Below, piece after piece: positions 38,563-47,514 of a DNA stretch of 64,000 nt. The notes under the pieces were generated by a model that saw only the letters and a program-made list of their open reading frames with translations, had not been told where the DNA came from and did not search any database. Position 1 is the first letter of the stretch, and each line of letters opens with the position of its first letter. The stretch comes from Alphaproteobacteria bacterium (GTDB lineage Bacteria > Pseudomonadota > Alphaproteobacteria > GCA-2731375). The stretch is from contig CBDDPY010000002.1 in assembly GCA_965232515.1 (NCBI GenBank), positions 7,232,001 through 7,296,000 of the forward strand, written 5' to 3'. Made by a program: the position numbers and the translations under genes.

Positions 38563-39318
38563 TCACGACGTCAGGATCTGCGCCAGTTCGGGGCCGTGGT
38601 CGGTGAGCAGTTGCGCGCGGATGGCGTCGACCTCGGCGTCGCCGCGGCGGGGGCGCGGCAGGTCGATGGGTATGTCGGCGATGACATGCGCCGGGCCGGC
38701 CGACAGAAAAACGATGCGGTCGGCGAGGTGGATCGCCTCGCGCAGGTCGTGGGTGACGAACAACACCGTGGTGGGACGCAGCGACCAGATTTCGATCAGC
38801 AGCCGGCGCAGGCGTTCGGCCGTCGGCGCGTCGAGCGACGCAAAGGGCTCGTCCATCAGCAGCAGGTCGGGCTCGACCACGAAGGCGCGGGCGAGGGCCA
38901 CCCGGCGCGCCAGGCCCAGCGAGAGCTGGCCAGGAAAGGCGTTGCGATGGCTGTCCAACCCCATGGCCGACAGCAGCGACCCGATCCGCCCGTTCGCGGC
39001 GGCCGCGTCGTCGATCGCCAATCGGATGTTCTCCTCGACCGTGCGCCAGGGCAGCAGGCGCGGGTCCTGGAAGACGTAGCCGATCACGGGCGTTGTCCGC
39101 CCCTCGGCCGTCGGCAGGTCGACCTTGCCGTCGAAATCGGCATCCAGGCCGGCGACGATGTTCAGGACCGTGGTCTTGCCACAGCCCGACGGCCCGAACA
39201 GGCAGACGAACTCGCCGGCCCGGCCCGACAGCCGCAGGTCCTGCAACGCGACGCGCGGCTGATCGCCGCCGGCGGCGCGATAGCACTTCCGACGCACGTC
39301 GATAGCGATCTGGTTCAT
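38563..39318 (-). CDS. NitT/TauT-family ABC ATP-binding protein
   Basis: GPSGCGKTT, VFQDPRLLPWRTV, LSLGLARRVALARA, DEPF and VTHD. ATG overlaps the permease stop. Confidence 0.9.
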   Translation of the reverse strand: MNQIAIDVRRKCYRAAGGDQPRVALQDLRLSGRAGEFVCLFGPSGCGKTTVLNIVAGLDADFDGKVDLPTAEGRTTPVIGYVFQDPRLLPWRTVEENIRLAIDDAAAANGRIGSLLSAMGLDSHRNAFPGQLSLGLARRVALARAFVVEPDLLLMDEPFASLDAPTAERLRRLLIEIWSLRPTTVLFVTHDLREAIHLADRIVFLSAGPAHVIADIPIDLPRPRRGDAEVDAIRAQLLTDHGPELAQILTS

Positions 39319-40085
39319 GGCCGCCATCGGCTTACCCGGCGTTCCAGGGGTTGCATCATGCCAAACTCGATGACCTGCATGATGGCGACGAAAGCGAGCG
39401 TGTAGGCCAGGATCCGGGTCACGTCGAAGAGCTGGAAATAGACCTGAAGCTGGAAGCCGACGCCGCTGCTGCGTCCTAACAGCTCGACCACCAGCACGAT
39501 CTTCCAGATCAGCGCCAAGCCGGAGCGGGCGGCCGCCACCAGGAACGGGTAGAGCTGCGGCAGCACCACATGCCGCAACGTTCGCGTCCGGCCGAAGCGG
39601 TAGATCGTCGCCATCTCCTGATAGCCCGGGTCCAGAGCGCGGGCGCCCTCGCGGACGACGACGACCACGGTCGGGATCTTGTTGATCGCCACGGCGCCGA
39701 TGGCCGCCGCCTCGATCAGGCCGAACCAGACATAGGCCAGGATGATGGTGACGAGCGCCGGGATGTTCAGCAGCAGGATCAACCAACTGTCGAAGAACAG
39801 GTTGAAGCGAGCGAGGCGGCCCATGACGATGCCGATGGCCGTGCCGATGACCATGGCGATCAGGAAGGCGGCCGCGACGCGGGCCAGCGTGACGCCGAGA
39901 TGGAACAGCATCTCGCCGTGCTCGATTTCCTCGACCAGGACCTCGATGACGGACATCGGCGTCGGCAACAGCCGGCTGCCGGCCAATACGGCGGCGAGAT
40001 ACCAGAGCGCGAACAGCGCGGTGATCGACGCCAACGTAAACAGCGTCCGGTGACGGTCCTCCTGCGATCTGTCAGGAGCCGGCAT
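39315..40085 (-). CDS. NitT/TauT-family ABC permease
   Basis: LPTP, TLARV, LLNIPALV, EGARALD and WKIVLVVELLGRSSGVG. Confidence 0.9.
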   Translation of the reverse strand: MPAPDRSQEDRHRTLFTLASITALFALWYLAAVLAGSRLLPTPMSVIEVLVEEIEHGEMLFHLGVTLARVAAAFLIAMVIGTAIGIVMGRLARFNLFFDSWLILLLNIPALVTIILAYVWFGLIEAAAIGAVAINKIPTVVVVVREGARALDPGYQEMATIYRFGRTRTLRHVVLPQLYPFLVAAARSGLALIWKIVLVVELLGRSSGVGFQLQVYFQLFDVTRILAYTLAFVAIMQVIEFGMMQPLERRVSRWRP

Positions 40086-41061
40086 CCGGCCAGAAGGTGC
40101 CCGGCTGCAGGGTCGAGGTATCGCCGACCAGCTTGGCGCCGCCGGCCGCGGCCAGGATCTCGAACAGCCGGGCGGCGTCCTGCCATTGCGGTTCGCCCCA
40201 GGCCGTCGGAATACCCTCGACGTAACCGGCCCGAAGCGCGGCCCCGGTCTTGTCGTCCGGCGCCTTCATCAGCGGCGCGATGCGCTGCCATTCGTCGTCG
40301 GAGTGGCGCAGGATGGCCTTGGCGCCACGCACGGCCGTGAGGAAGCCCCGCACCGCTTCCGGGTTGGCCTTGGCCCAGGACTCGCGGAAGGTGTAGCCCA
40401 GCATGGGCACGTCGCCGCCGGTACCGAGTTGGCGCGCCACCTCGGTGACGCCGACAACGCGTTTGTGGCCTTGCGCCTCCAGCCGTGCCGCGTAGTGCCA
40501 GAATGTCAGAACGGCATCGAGCTCGCCGTTGGCGACGAGCTCGCTCAGCAGCGGCGGCGCGCCGAAGACCGGCTCCACCTCGGCCTTCAGATCCATGCCG
40601 TGCTTGGAGGCGGCCAGCGCCTGCAGCAGCAGCCAGCTCTTGTCGAGCGGCCCGCCGGCGATGCCGAGCCGCTTGCCGCGCAGGCCGGGAATATCGTCGA
40701 TGCCGGCGGCCTTCGCGGCGACCAGCGCGCCGAGCGCGGTGGAGTAGGGCGTGAAGGTGAAGTCCGCACCCTCGCTGCGTTGCCGCGAGACCCAGATCCA
40801 GTCCATGACGATGACATCGACGGCGTCGGCCTGCAACGCCACCTTGGTGGCCTGCGGGCTGGCGAGACCGGTGATGTCGACCTCGATGCCCTGCTTGGCG
40901 TCGATGCCGTGGTGCTTCAGGACATCGAGCTCCCAGTTCACGGTGCCGAACTTCAGGACGCCGACGCGGATCACGGCCGGATCGGCGGCGCGCGCGGCCG
41001 GCATCCACGTCAAAAGGACGACAGCAACCAGCAGGGCGAGATGAACGATCGGCCGCTGCAT
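40072..41061 (-). CDS. NitT/TauT-family ABC substrate-binding protein, possible PQQ-binding (PqqT-like)
   Basis: Signal peptide from ATG 41061 (alternative 41073), VLKFGTVNWEL, DWIWVSRQR, GGPLDKSW and FGAPPLL. Directly follows pqqE. Confidence 0.75.
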   Translation of the reverse strand: MQRPIVHLALLVAVVLLTWMPAARAADPAVIRVGVLKFGTVNWELDVLKHHGIDAKQGIEVDITGLASPQATKVALQADAVDVIVMDWIWVSRQRSEGADFTFTPYSTALGALVAAKAAGIDDIPGLRGKRLGIAGGPLDKSWLLLQALAASKHGMDLKAEVEPVFGAPPLLSELVANGELDAVLTFWHYAARLEAQGHKRVVGVTEVARQLGTGGDVPMLGYTFRESWAKANPEAVRGFLTAVRGAKAILRHSDDEWQRIAPLMKAPDDKTGAALRAGYVEGIPTAWGEPQWQDAARLFEILAAAGGAKLVGDTSTLQPGTFWPDAGS

Positions 41062-41074
41062 GGCGGTCCGCATG

Positions 41075-42166
41075 TCAGGCGTTGCCGTAGCGCCGGTAGA
41101 TAAATGCCGGCGCCTCGCTGGCGGACTCGGTACGTGCCAACTCGAAGATTTGTGGATGAAGCGGCGATTTCGCGCAGGCCGGATCGGTGTTGCCGGCATC
41201 GCCCGTCAGCGCCAGGGCCTGGCAGCGGCAGCCGCCCCAGTCGATCTCGCGCTGGTCGCAGCTTTTGCAAGGCTCGGGCATCCAGTCGGTGCCGCGGAAC
41301 CGCTGGAAGGCCGCGGAGTCTTGCCAGATCTCATTGAGCGGGCGATCGCGCACGGAATCGAAATCCAGTTCCGGTATGCTTTCCGCCGCGTGGCAGGGCA
41401 GCACCTTGCCGGCCGGCGAGACGTTCAGGAACCGCCGTCCCCAGCCGCCCATGCAGGCCTTCGGCCGCCGGGCATAGTAATCCGGCACGACATAGTCGAT
41501 CACCAGGACGCCGGTCAGCCGTTCGCGCGCCGCGTCGACGATTTCGGTCGCGCGCTCGATCTGCGCCAGCGTGGGGATGAAGGCGGCGCGGTTCTTGAGC
41601 GCCCAGCCGTAATACTGCACATGCGCGACCTCGAGCCGCGCGGCGTTCAGCGTGACGGCGAGATCGATCATCGTATCCAGCCGGTCAAGGTTCTGGCGGT
41701 GCACGACGGCGTTGATGGTGAGCGGCAGCCCCGCCGCGCGCACCAGCCGCGCGACGTCCATCTTACGCTGATGGCCGCCCTTGTAGCCGCCGATGCGTTC
41801 GGCCGTTTCTGTCTCGCTGTCCTGGATGCTGAGCTGCACGTGGTCGAGCCCGGCCGCGTCGAGCGCGGCGATACGGGCTTCGTCCAGCAATACGCCCGAG
41901 GTGATGAGATTGCTGTAGAGACCGGCGTCAGCGGCGTGCTGAACCAGGTCCGGCAGGTCCGGCCGCGCTGTCGGTTCGCCCCCCGAGAAGTGGATCTGCA
42001 GCACGCCCATGTCGGCGGCTTCGTCCATGACGCGGCGCCACTCGTCCGTCGTCAATTCGCCGCTGCGCTGCACGAGCTCCAGCGGATTGGAGCAATAGGG
42101 GCATTGCAGCGGACAGCGGTGGGTCAGTTCGGCCAGCAGGGCGAGTGGCGGATCCGGTCCGGTCAT
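41075..42166 (-). CDS. pqqE: PQQ biosynthesis radical SAM enzyme
   Basis: [37 protein letters not shown] and SPASM cysteines. Confidence 0.97.
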   Translation of the reverse strand: MTGPDPPLALLAELTHRCPLQCPYCSNPLELVQRSGELTTDEWRRVMDEAADMGVLQIHFSGGEPTARPDLPDLVQHAADAGLYSNLITSGVLLDEARIAALDAAGLDHVQLSIQDSETETAERIGGYKGGHQRKMDVARLVRAAGLPLTINAVVHRQNLDRLDTMIDLAVTLNAARLEVAHVQYYGWALKNRAAFIPTLAQIERATEIVDAARERLTGVLVIDYVVPDYYARRPKACMGGWGRRFLNVSPAGKVLPCHAAESIPELDFDSVRDRPLNEIWQDSAAFQRFRGTDWMPEPCKSCDQREIDWGGCRCQALALTGDAGNTDPACAKSPLHPQIFELARTESASEAPAFIYRRYGNA

Positions 42167-42447
42167 GCCTCGACCACTCCCTTGTCCGCCAGGTCCTGCA
42201 GCATGGCCAGCACGTCCTTGGCGATGGTCTCGCGCGGCGCTTCGAAGGTCGCCACCAGGTCGTCGATGATGGCGGCGACGCTGTCGCCCTTGCAGCGCTG
42301 CAGGACCTCGACGGCGATGTCGTCCGGCATCAGCACGCGTTCGGGCGCCAGGATGACCCAGCAGTCGCGCGCCTTGTCGAACCGCATCTTGCAGTGGCGC
42401 GGCAGCCGCGGCACGGAGTCTTCGCCGATGACCAGACGGTCGGCCAT
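42163..42447 (-). CDS. pqqD: PQQ biosynthesis peptide chaperone
   Basis: [18 protein letters not shown] and [13 protein letters not shown]. Lies between pqqC and pqqE. Confidence 0.93.
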   Translation of the reverse strand: MADRLVIGEDSVPRLPRHCKMRFDKARDCWVILAPERVLMPDDIAVEVLQRCKGDSVAAIIDDLVATFEAPRETIAKDVLAMLQDLADKGVVEA

Positions 42448-42450
42448 GGC

Positions 42451-43194
42451 CTAGCGGTCCGTCGCCGGGTCGGGCACGAAAGCGCCCGGCGGGATATGGC
42501 CGGGCTCGACATAGGCGTAGTGAAGGGCGTCAAGCTGCGACCAGAGCACGCCGCACTTGAAGCGCAATGCATCGCAGACCGCCTTGCGCAGTTCCGGCGT
42601 GGTTGCGTGCTCCTTCACATGGTTTAACGCGAAATCGGCGTCCCGCGGCGCCTGGTGCAGGCGCTTGTCGAAATAGGCCAGCGTCTCCTGGCTGACGAAG
42701 TCGTAGTTCGCGAGCATACCGGCGACCCGCGTGGCGATGGTCGACGGCGCGAACATCTCGGTCAGCGACGAGGCGATGGCTTCCAGGATCGAACGGTCGC
42801 GCACGTAATGGATATAGGCCTCGACGGCAAACCGCGTGCCCGGCAGCAGGCCGTCGGTCGAGATCACATATGACCGGTCGAGCCCGAGGCCGTCGGTCAG
42901 CTTGAGCCAGCGTTCGATGCCGCCGGCGTCGGCGTTTTCGCCGTCATGATCCAGGATGCGCTGGCGCCAGATCCGCCTGAGCGCCGGATCGTCGAGCCGG
43001 GCCAGCAGGGTCGCGTCCTTGATCGGGATGCAAGCCTGGTAGTAGTAGCGGTTCAGCGCCCAGGCCTGGACTTGCGCCTTGCTCAGCTCGCCGGCGTTCA
43101 GAAGCTGGTGAAACGGATGCTTGTTGTGGTAGCGCTCGTCGCCGATCGCCCGCAGTTCCCGTTCCAGGTCGTCCGGTGTGGCAAGTGCGTTCAC
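42451..43194 (-). CDS. pqqC: PQQ synthase
   Basis: [38 protein letters not shown] and [11 protein letters not shown] start overlaps the pqqB stop. Confidence 0.96.
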   Translation of the reverse strand: MNALATPDDLERELRAIGDERYHNKHPFHQLLNAGELSKAQVQAWALNRYYYQACIPIKDATLLARLDDPALRRIWRQRILDHDGENADAGGIERWLKLTDGLGLDRSYVISTDGLLPGTRFAVEAYIHYVRDRSILEAIASSLTEMFAPSTIATRVAGMLANYDFVSQETLAYFDKRLHQAPRDADFALNHVKEHATTPELRKAVCDALRFKCGVLWSQLDALHYAYVEPGHIPPGAFVPDPATDR

Positions 43195-44120
43195 AGCTCG
43201 ATCTCCATGCCGTCGCGGGCGACCTCCCAGCCGGCCGCCTCGACCTCGGCGCGTTCCGGGCTGTCGTCGACGATGACCGGGTTGGTGTTGTTGATATGGA
43301 TGAACATGCGTCGCGCCACATCGAGGCCGTCGAAGGCCGCGATCGAGCCGTCCGGTCCGGACATGCTCATATGTCCCATGCGTTGGCCGGTCTTCACGCC
43401 AACGCCGCCGGCGACCATCTCGTCGTCGGTCCATAATGTGCCGTCGAACATCACCAGCGGCGCGCCCTTGAGCCGTTCCGCCAGCTCGGGCGTCATCGCC
43501 GCGCAGCCCGGAATGTGAAAGAAGTGCGCGTCGCTGTTGCGTTCCGAGACGCGCAAGCCGACGGTGTCCTCCGCCTGGGTGCCGAAATTTGCGCCGGCAT
43601 CCGGGTTTTCGAGATAGAGCGCGACCTTGCCGGGCACGGCGAAGGCTTCGACCGACAGACCGATGTCGTCGCCGTCGCGCGTCGTCAGCGCAAACGGCTG
43701 GTCGAGCGCGAAATCCCGGCGCGCCACGAAATCCGGGTTGAGGACGTTGAAAATCGAGTTTTCCGCCAAGGTCTGAAGCACCCGTCTGCTGCCATAGAGC
43801 GCCAACGGCTGGCTCTCGCGCAGATTCAACAGTCCGGCGACGTGGTCGACATCGCCGTTCGTCAGCACCACGCCAGCGATGGGGCTATGGCGTTTGCCCG
43901 TCTTCGGGTGAAGCTGCCGATTGTCGGCAATCTGCTGCCGCAGGTCCGGGGATGCGTTGAACAGGCACCAGCGCTCGCCGTCGGCGCTCACCGCGATCGA
44001 CGATTGTGTCTGCGGCCGCGCGTTCGGATCTCCGCCGCGCGACCGCTGACAGTTGTCGCTGTTCGTGTTCCACTGCGGAAAGCCGCCGCCCGCCGCAGCG
44101 CCAAGTACAACTATATGCAT
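43191..44120 (-). CDS. pqqB: PQQ biosynthesis protein B
   Basis: VLGAAAGGGFPQWN, TQSSIAVS, NASPDLRQQ, DHVAGLL-LRE, MGHM and IHINNTNP. Confidence 0.96.
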   Translation of the reverse strand: MHIVVLGAAAGGGFPQWNTNSDNCQRSRGGDPNARPQTQSSIAVSADGERWCLFNASPDLRQQIADNRQLHPKTGKRHSPIAGVVLTNGDVDHVAGLLNLRESQPLALYGSRRVLQTLAENSIFNVLNPDFVARRDFALDQPFALTTRDGDDIGLSVEAFAVPGKVALYLENPDAGANFGTQAEDTVGLRVSERNSDAHFFHIPGCAAMTPELAERLKGAPLVMFDGTLWTDDEMVAGGVGVKTGQRMGHMSMSGPDGSIAAFDGLDVARRMFIHINNTNPVIVDDSPERAEVEAAGWEVARDGMEIEL

Positions 44121-44170
44121 CGCAACGTCCCGGACGTTGCGTTACCGGCCAGAGGCCGGAAATCGGAGTT

Positions 44171-44248
44171 TCAGTACTCCGCGCAGGCGTAGCAGTTGAT
44201 CTCGCAGCCTACGGCGATCTCGACGATCTTCGGTGTTGCCCACTTCAT
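44171..44248 (-). CDS. pqqA: PQQ precursor peptide, 25 aa MKWATPKIVEIAVGCEINCYACAEY (absent from ORF track)
   Basis: Translated by hand. E-x-x-x-Y core (EINCY), GGGAG RBS, immediately upstream of pqqB. Confidence 0.95.
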   Translation of the reverse strand: MKWATPKIVEIAVGCEINCYACAEY

Positions 44249-44440
44249 CGCGACTCCCTCCAGTCCTTCGTTGGTTGCCCCCGGGCTTATGCAATCGCGC
44301 CGAACATTCCGTCAAACCGCAATTTGCGCTCTACTGCACCCCTTGCGCCGACTACAGACGACACTTAGCCATGAAGAGCATAGTGACAAGGGATCGTCCG
44401 CTCAAGTCTCTATCGCCCCGTGATTGGGCATTCCGATCAC

Positions 44441-44469
44441 CCGTCACACACATGTCACATAGATGTCTG
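44441..44469 (+). promoter_or_regulatory. Three 11-bp-period direct repeats, OmpR/PhoB-box-like
   Basis: CCGTCAC-acac-ATGTCAC-atag-ATGTCTG in the divergent pqqA / dehydrogenase intergenic region. Confidence 0.4.
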
Positions 44470-44778
44470 GCGGCGATTTGGCTTCGCGCTGGAAATGATC
44501 CGCCCCCCGCGCCATACTGTTCCGGTACGGCAGAGGGCATTGCGTTGGGGGTCGGGGCGTCTGCACCGGTCGACGCAAATAGTACGTACAGGCATCGATC
44601 GGTATCAGGCCGTCCGGCAGTGTTTGTCCTGTCAGCACCCATGCGCGGTGTCCGCTGCGTTGTTGGCAGCAAATGCACGTCTGTAAAGGAGTTGCACTTA
44701 AGACCATAGAGACCAGTACGCAGCGTATGGAAGTCGCGCCTACTCAAAACCAAGCAATCAAATTGGGGAGGGAAGTCG

Positions 44779-46569
44779 ATGAAGCGTGTTCCTAAAAGCA
44801 GCGTAACCCGGCGGCATATGTTGGCCGCCTCCGCGGTCGCGGCACTCGCCGCGGGCGCAATCTCCGTGCCGACCGCGCTGGCGGATTCTTCGGCCGACAA
44901 CATCAAAAACTGTCCGCCGAGCGATTGGTGCGCCTATCACCGCAGCACGGACAAGGCTTGGCGGCATAGCCCGCTCGACCAGATCAATACCGGAAACGTG
45001 AAGGACCTGAAGCCGGCCTGGATGTTCATGCCGGGCAACGGCCAGATGGGCATGCAGGCGACGCCGTTGGTGGTCGGCGGCACCATGTATGTCTCGACGA
45101 CGCCGTCCTCGGTCTGGGCGCTCGACGCCAAGACCGGCGCCCGCAAATGGGCGTTTCAGCCGGATATGGACGAGGCCGTGGTGTCGCGGTCGTTCTTCGC
45201 CCACACCCGTGGCCTGACCGTCGGCGACGGCCGGGTCTATATGGGCACGGCGGACGGTCGCCTGATCGCGCTGAACGAAGATTCCGGCGAAGTGATCTGG
45301 GACAAGCAGCTGGTCGACTCGCAGAAAGACACTGCCGGCTTCAGCGGCGCCGGCACGTTCGTCAGCTCCGACCTGCTGGTCATCGGCCAGAACGGCGGCG
45401 AGTATCCGGTCGAAGGGCGGATCTTCGGCGTCGATCCGAAAAGCGGCGATGTCAAGTGGACGTTCTATACGACCGGCCGCGGCGACGAGCGGGCGCTGGC
45501 CACCTGGGGCGGCGATTCCTGGAAGTATGGCGGCGGCGGCTCCTGGCAGCCCGGCACCGTCGACTACGAGAACAACCAGATCCTGATCGGCACCGGTAAT
45601 CCCAATCCGGACTATGACTTCTGCGGCGCCGAATGCATGGACGCCAACGCCAAGGCACACCGGCCCGGCACCAACCTCTACACCTCGTCGACGATCGCGC
45701 TCGATCTCGATACCGGCAAGCTGAACTGGTACTTCCAGGAAGCGCCGAGCGATCCCTACGACTACGACTCGGCAGTCGGCGAATATGTGATGATCGAGGG
45801 CGAGGACGGCCGCAAGCTGGTGCTGCACCCCGGCAAGAACGGCTTCAACCACGTTCACGACCGCAAGACCGGTCAGCCGATCAACGTCTATCCCGCCCAG
45901 AAGTCGCAGAACTGGACCACCGGCTTCAACCTCGAGACCGGCCAGTGGGAGAACATGCTCTGGCCGAAAGCCGGAGAGAAGACGTTGGTCTGCCCGGCGA
46001 TCGACGGCGGCCATAGCTGGAACGCGGGCGCCTACAGCCCCGATACCGGGCTGCAATACCGCGTCGTCAACGAGTGGTGCATGTACCTCGTCGTGAACCC
46101 GGAGGAAGGTGGCACGGCCACGGCCGGCACCGAAACCCGCGTCACCGATCCTTTCGCGCAAGTCTTCATGGCGGCCGAATGGGAAGGCACCGATCCGCCC
46201 GGCGACACCACGCACGGTCGGCTCGTGGCGCGCGATCCGGTCTCCGGCGACATCGCCTGGGAGAAGCGGTACGACATCATTCCGCACTCCGCCCTGCTGT
46301 CGACCGGCGGCGGCCTTGTCTTCAACGGCACCTATGACGGGTTCCTGGAGGCGCTGGACGCCAAGACGGGCGACGTGCTGTGGCGCTTCAACAACGGCAC
46401 CGGCCACAATGGCGGCATCGTGTCGTACGAGGTTGACGGCAAGCAGTATGTCGCGGCGGCGGTTGGCCACGGCTCGTATGTGGGCCGGGCGTTGGCCGAC
46501 CACTACCACAAGGACAAGCTGATTGGTTATCAGGAGAGCGCGGCGATCGTCGTGTTCGCGCTCGACTAG
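44779..46569 (+). CDS. PQQ-dependent dehydrogenase (methanol/ethanol superfamily), divergent clade, probable lanthanide type, Tat signal
   Basis: SPLDQINTGNVKDL, QATPLV, GGEY, GTGNP, DYD, GKNGF, CP--DGG-SW and GKQYVA. N-terminal TRRHML. Confidence 0.9.
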   Translation: MKRVPKSSVTRRHMLAASAVAALAAGAISVPTALADSSADNIKNCPPSDWCAYHRSTDKAWRHSPLDQINTGNVKDLKPAWMFMPGNGQMGMQATPLVVGGTMYVSTTPSSVWALDAKTGARKWAFQPDMDEAVVSRSFFAHTRGLTVGDGRVYMGTADGRLIALNEDSGEVIWDKQLVDSQKDTAGFSGAGTFVSSDLLVIGQNGGEYPVEGRIFGVDPKSGDVKWTFYTTGRGDERALATWGGDSWKYGGGGSWQPGTVDYENNQILIGTGNPNPDYDFCGAECMDANAKAHRPGTNLYTSSTIALDLDTGKLNWYFQEAPSDPYDYDSAVGEYVMIEGEDGRKLVLHPGKNGFNHVHDRKTGQPINVYPAQKSQNWTTGFNLETGQWENMLWPKAGEKTLVCPAIDGGHSWNAGAYSPDTGLQYRVVNEWCMYLVVNPEEGGTATAGTETRVTDPFAQVFMAAEWEGTDPPGDTTHGRLVARDPVSGDIAWEKRYDIIPHSALLSTGGGLVFNGTYDGFLEALDAKTGDVLWRFNNGTGHNGGIVSYEVDGKQYVAAAVGHGSYVGRALADHYHKDKLIGYQESAAIVVFALD

Positions 46570-46581
46570 CTGACGTGAAGC

Positions 46582-46621
46582 CGGCCGGGGCAGGCGGCGT
46601 GTAGCCGTCCTGCGCCGGCCG
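46582..46621 (+). terminator. GC-rich hairpin between the dehydrogenase and cytochrome genes
   Basis: CGGCCGG-g-GCAGG-CGGC-gtgta-GCCG-t-CCTGC-g-CCGGCCG. No U-tract, so more likely stabilising. Confidence 0.4.
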
Positions 46622-46645
46622 AGCTGTCGTTGATCATTTGTCAGT

Positions 46646-47086
46646 GTGGGAGAAGTGTTCGTGACGTCGACAACGCGACGCCGCGGCTGGACATATGCCG
46701 CGGCCTTGATCATTGGTTTGCTTGTCGCGCCTGCTTGGCTGGCGGGCTCGGCGCAGGCCGGTGAAAGCTCCGCCTATCCGGACGTGAATCCGATGTCCGG
46801 CGACAAGGACGCCATCCACGAAGGCGGCAAGCTTTATTCGAAATGGTGCCGGCAGTGCCATGGCCGCAAGGCCGACGGCGTGTCGCAGCGGTTCGGAAAA
46901 TACTCGGGCGATCTGCGCAAGTTCTGGCGCGGCTACCCCGAATTCGTCGTGATCGTGCTGAACGGCCGGCCGAAAAAGAAGATGCCGCCGTGGGGCGGCG
47001 TGCTGGACGAGGACGAGATCGCCCAGATCGCCGCTTATCTGGAAACGCTGGCGATCGAGGGTGCCAACTGGAAACGGATGAGGTGA
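46646..47086 (+). CDS. Periplasmic class I cytochrome c (c550/PedF/XoxG-like electron acceptor)
   Basis: Signal peptide, NP--GD--AI--G--LY, WCRQCHG heme motif and KMPPWGG axial Met. Start uncertain (46646 or 46661). Confidence 0.9.
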   Translation: MGEVFVTSTTRRRGWTYAAALIIGLLVAPAWLAGSAQAGESSAYPDVNPMSGDKDAIHEGGKLYSKWCRQCHGRKADGVSQRFGKYSGDLRKFWRGYPEFVVIVLNGRPKKKMPPWGGVLDEDEIAQIAAYLETLAIEGANWKRMR

Positions 47087-47091
47087 CGGCA

Positions 47092-47484
47092 ATGCGAACG
47101 ATAATCATGGCGCTCATCGCGTTCCTGGCGGCCGGCGTCGCCAACGCGGCCGAACCCTATACGCTGGCGGAGGGGACCTGGGTCTGCCAGTCCGAAGAAG
47201 CCTATGACGACGCCATCGCCGAGGTGAAGCAGCGCCAGGGCAAGAACCTGGGCGAGTTGCAGCGGCGATTGAAAGAGCAGGGCTACTGCACCTACATGGA
47301 CGACGACGCGCTGGAGGACCTGATGGCGCCGTTCGTGCAGGTGCTGGAGGAGAACGGCGACAAGGTCAAGGTCACCTTCATCGTCGAGTACTACAAGCGC
47401 ATCGCCATGCTGCACCGCAAGTTCGCGCGCATCCAGTACACGGGCTGGACCGAGAAAACCAATCTGCGGGACTATTATCGGTAA
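47092..47484 (+). CDS. Small exported hypothetical protein (130 aa)
   Basis: ATG 47092 after a GAGG RBS, signal peptide MRTIIMALIAFLAAGVANA, typical codon usage, co-oriented in the operon. Confidence 0.8.
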   Translation: MRTIIMALIAFLAAGVANAAEPYTLAEGTWVCQSEEAYDDAIAEVKQRQGKNLGELQRRLKEQGYCTYMDDDALEDLMAPFVQVLEENGDKVKVTFIVEYYKRIAMLHRKFARIQYTGWTEKTNLRDYYR

Positions 47485-47514
47485 CGTTCCCATCCGCGTA
47501 CCGGAGCAGCGCCG

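Noticed and set aside
44335-44350. Sigma54 promoter for pqqA (minus strand CGGCGCAAGGGGTGCA)
   Set aside because: The GG-N10-GC spacing is right but the flanks match poorly, so it is plausible by chance in GC-rich DNA.
44779-46569. Calling the dehydrogenase xoxF, mxaF or exaF/pedH
   Set aside because: It lacks the vicinal Cys-Cys and several conserved active-site residues of those clades, so no gene symbol was assigned.
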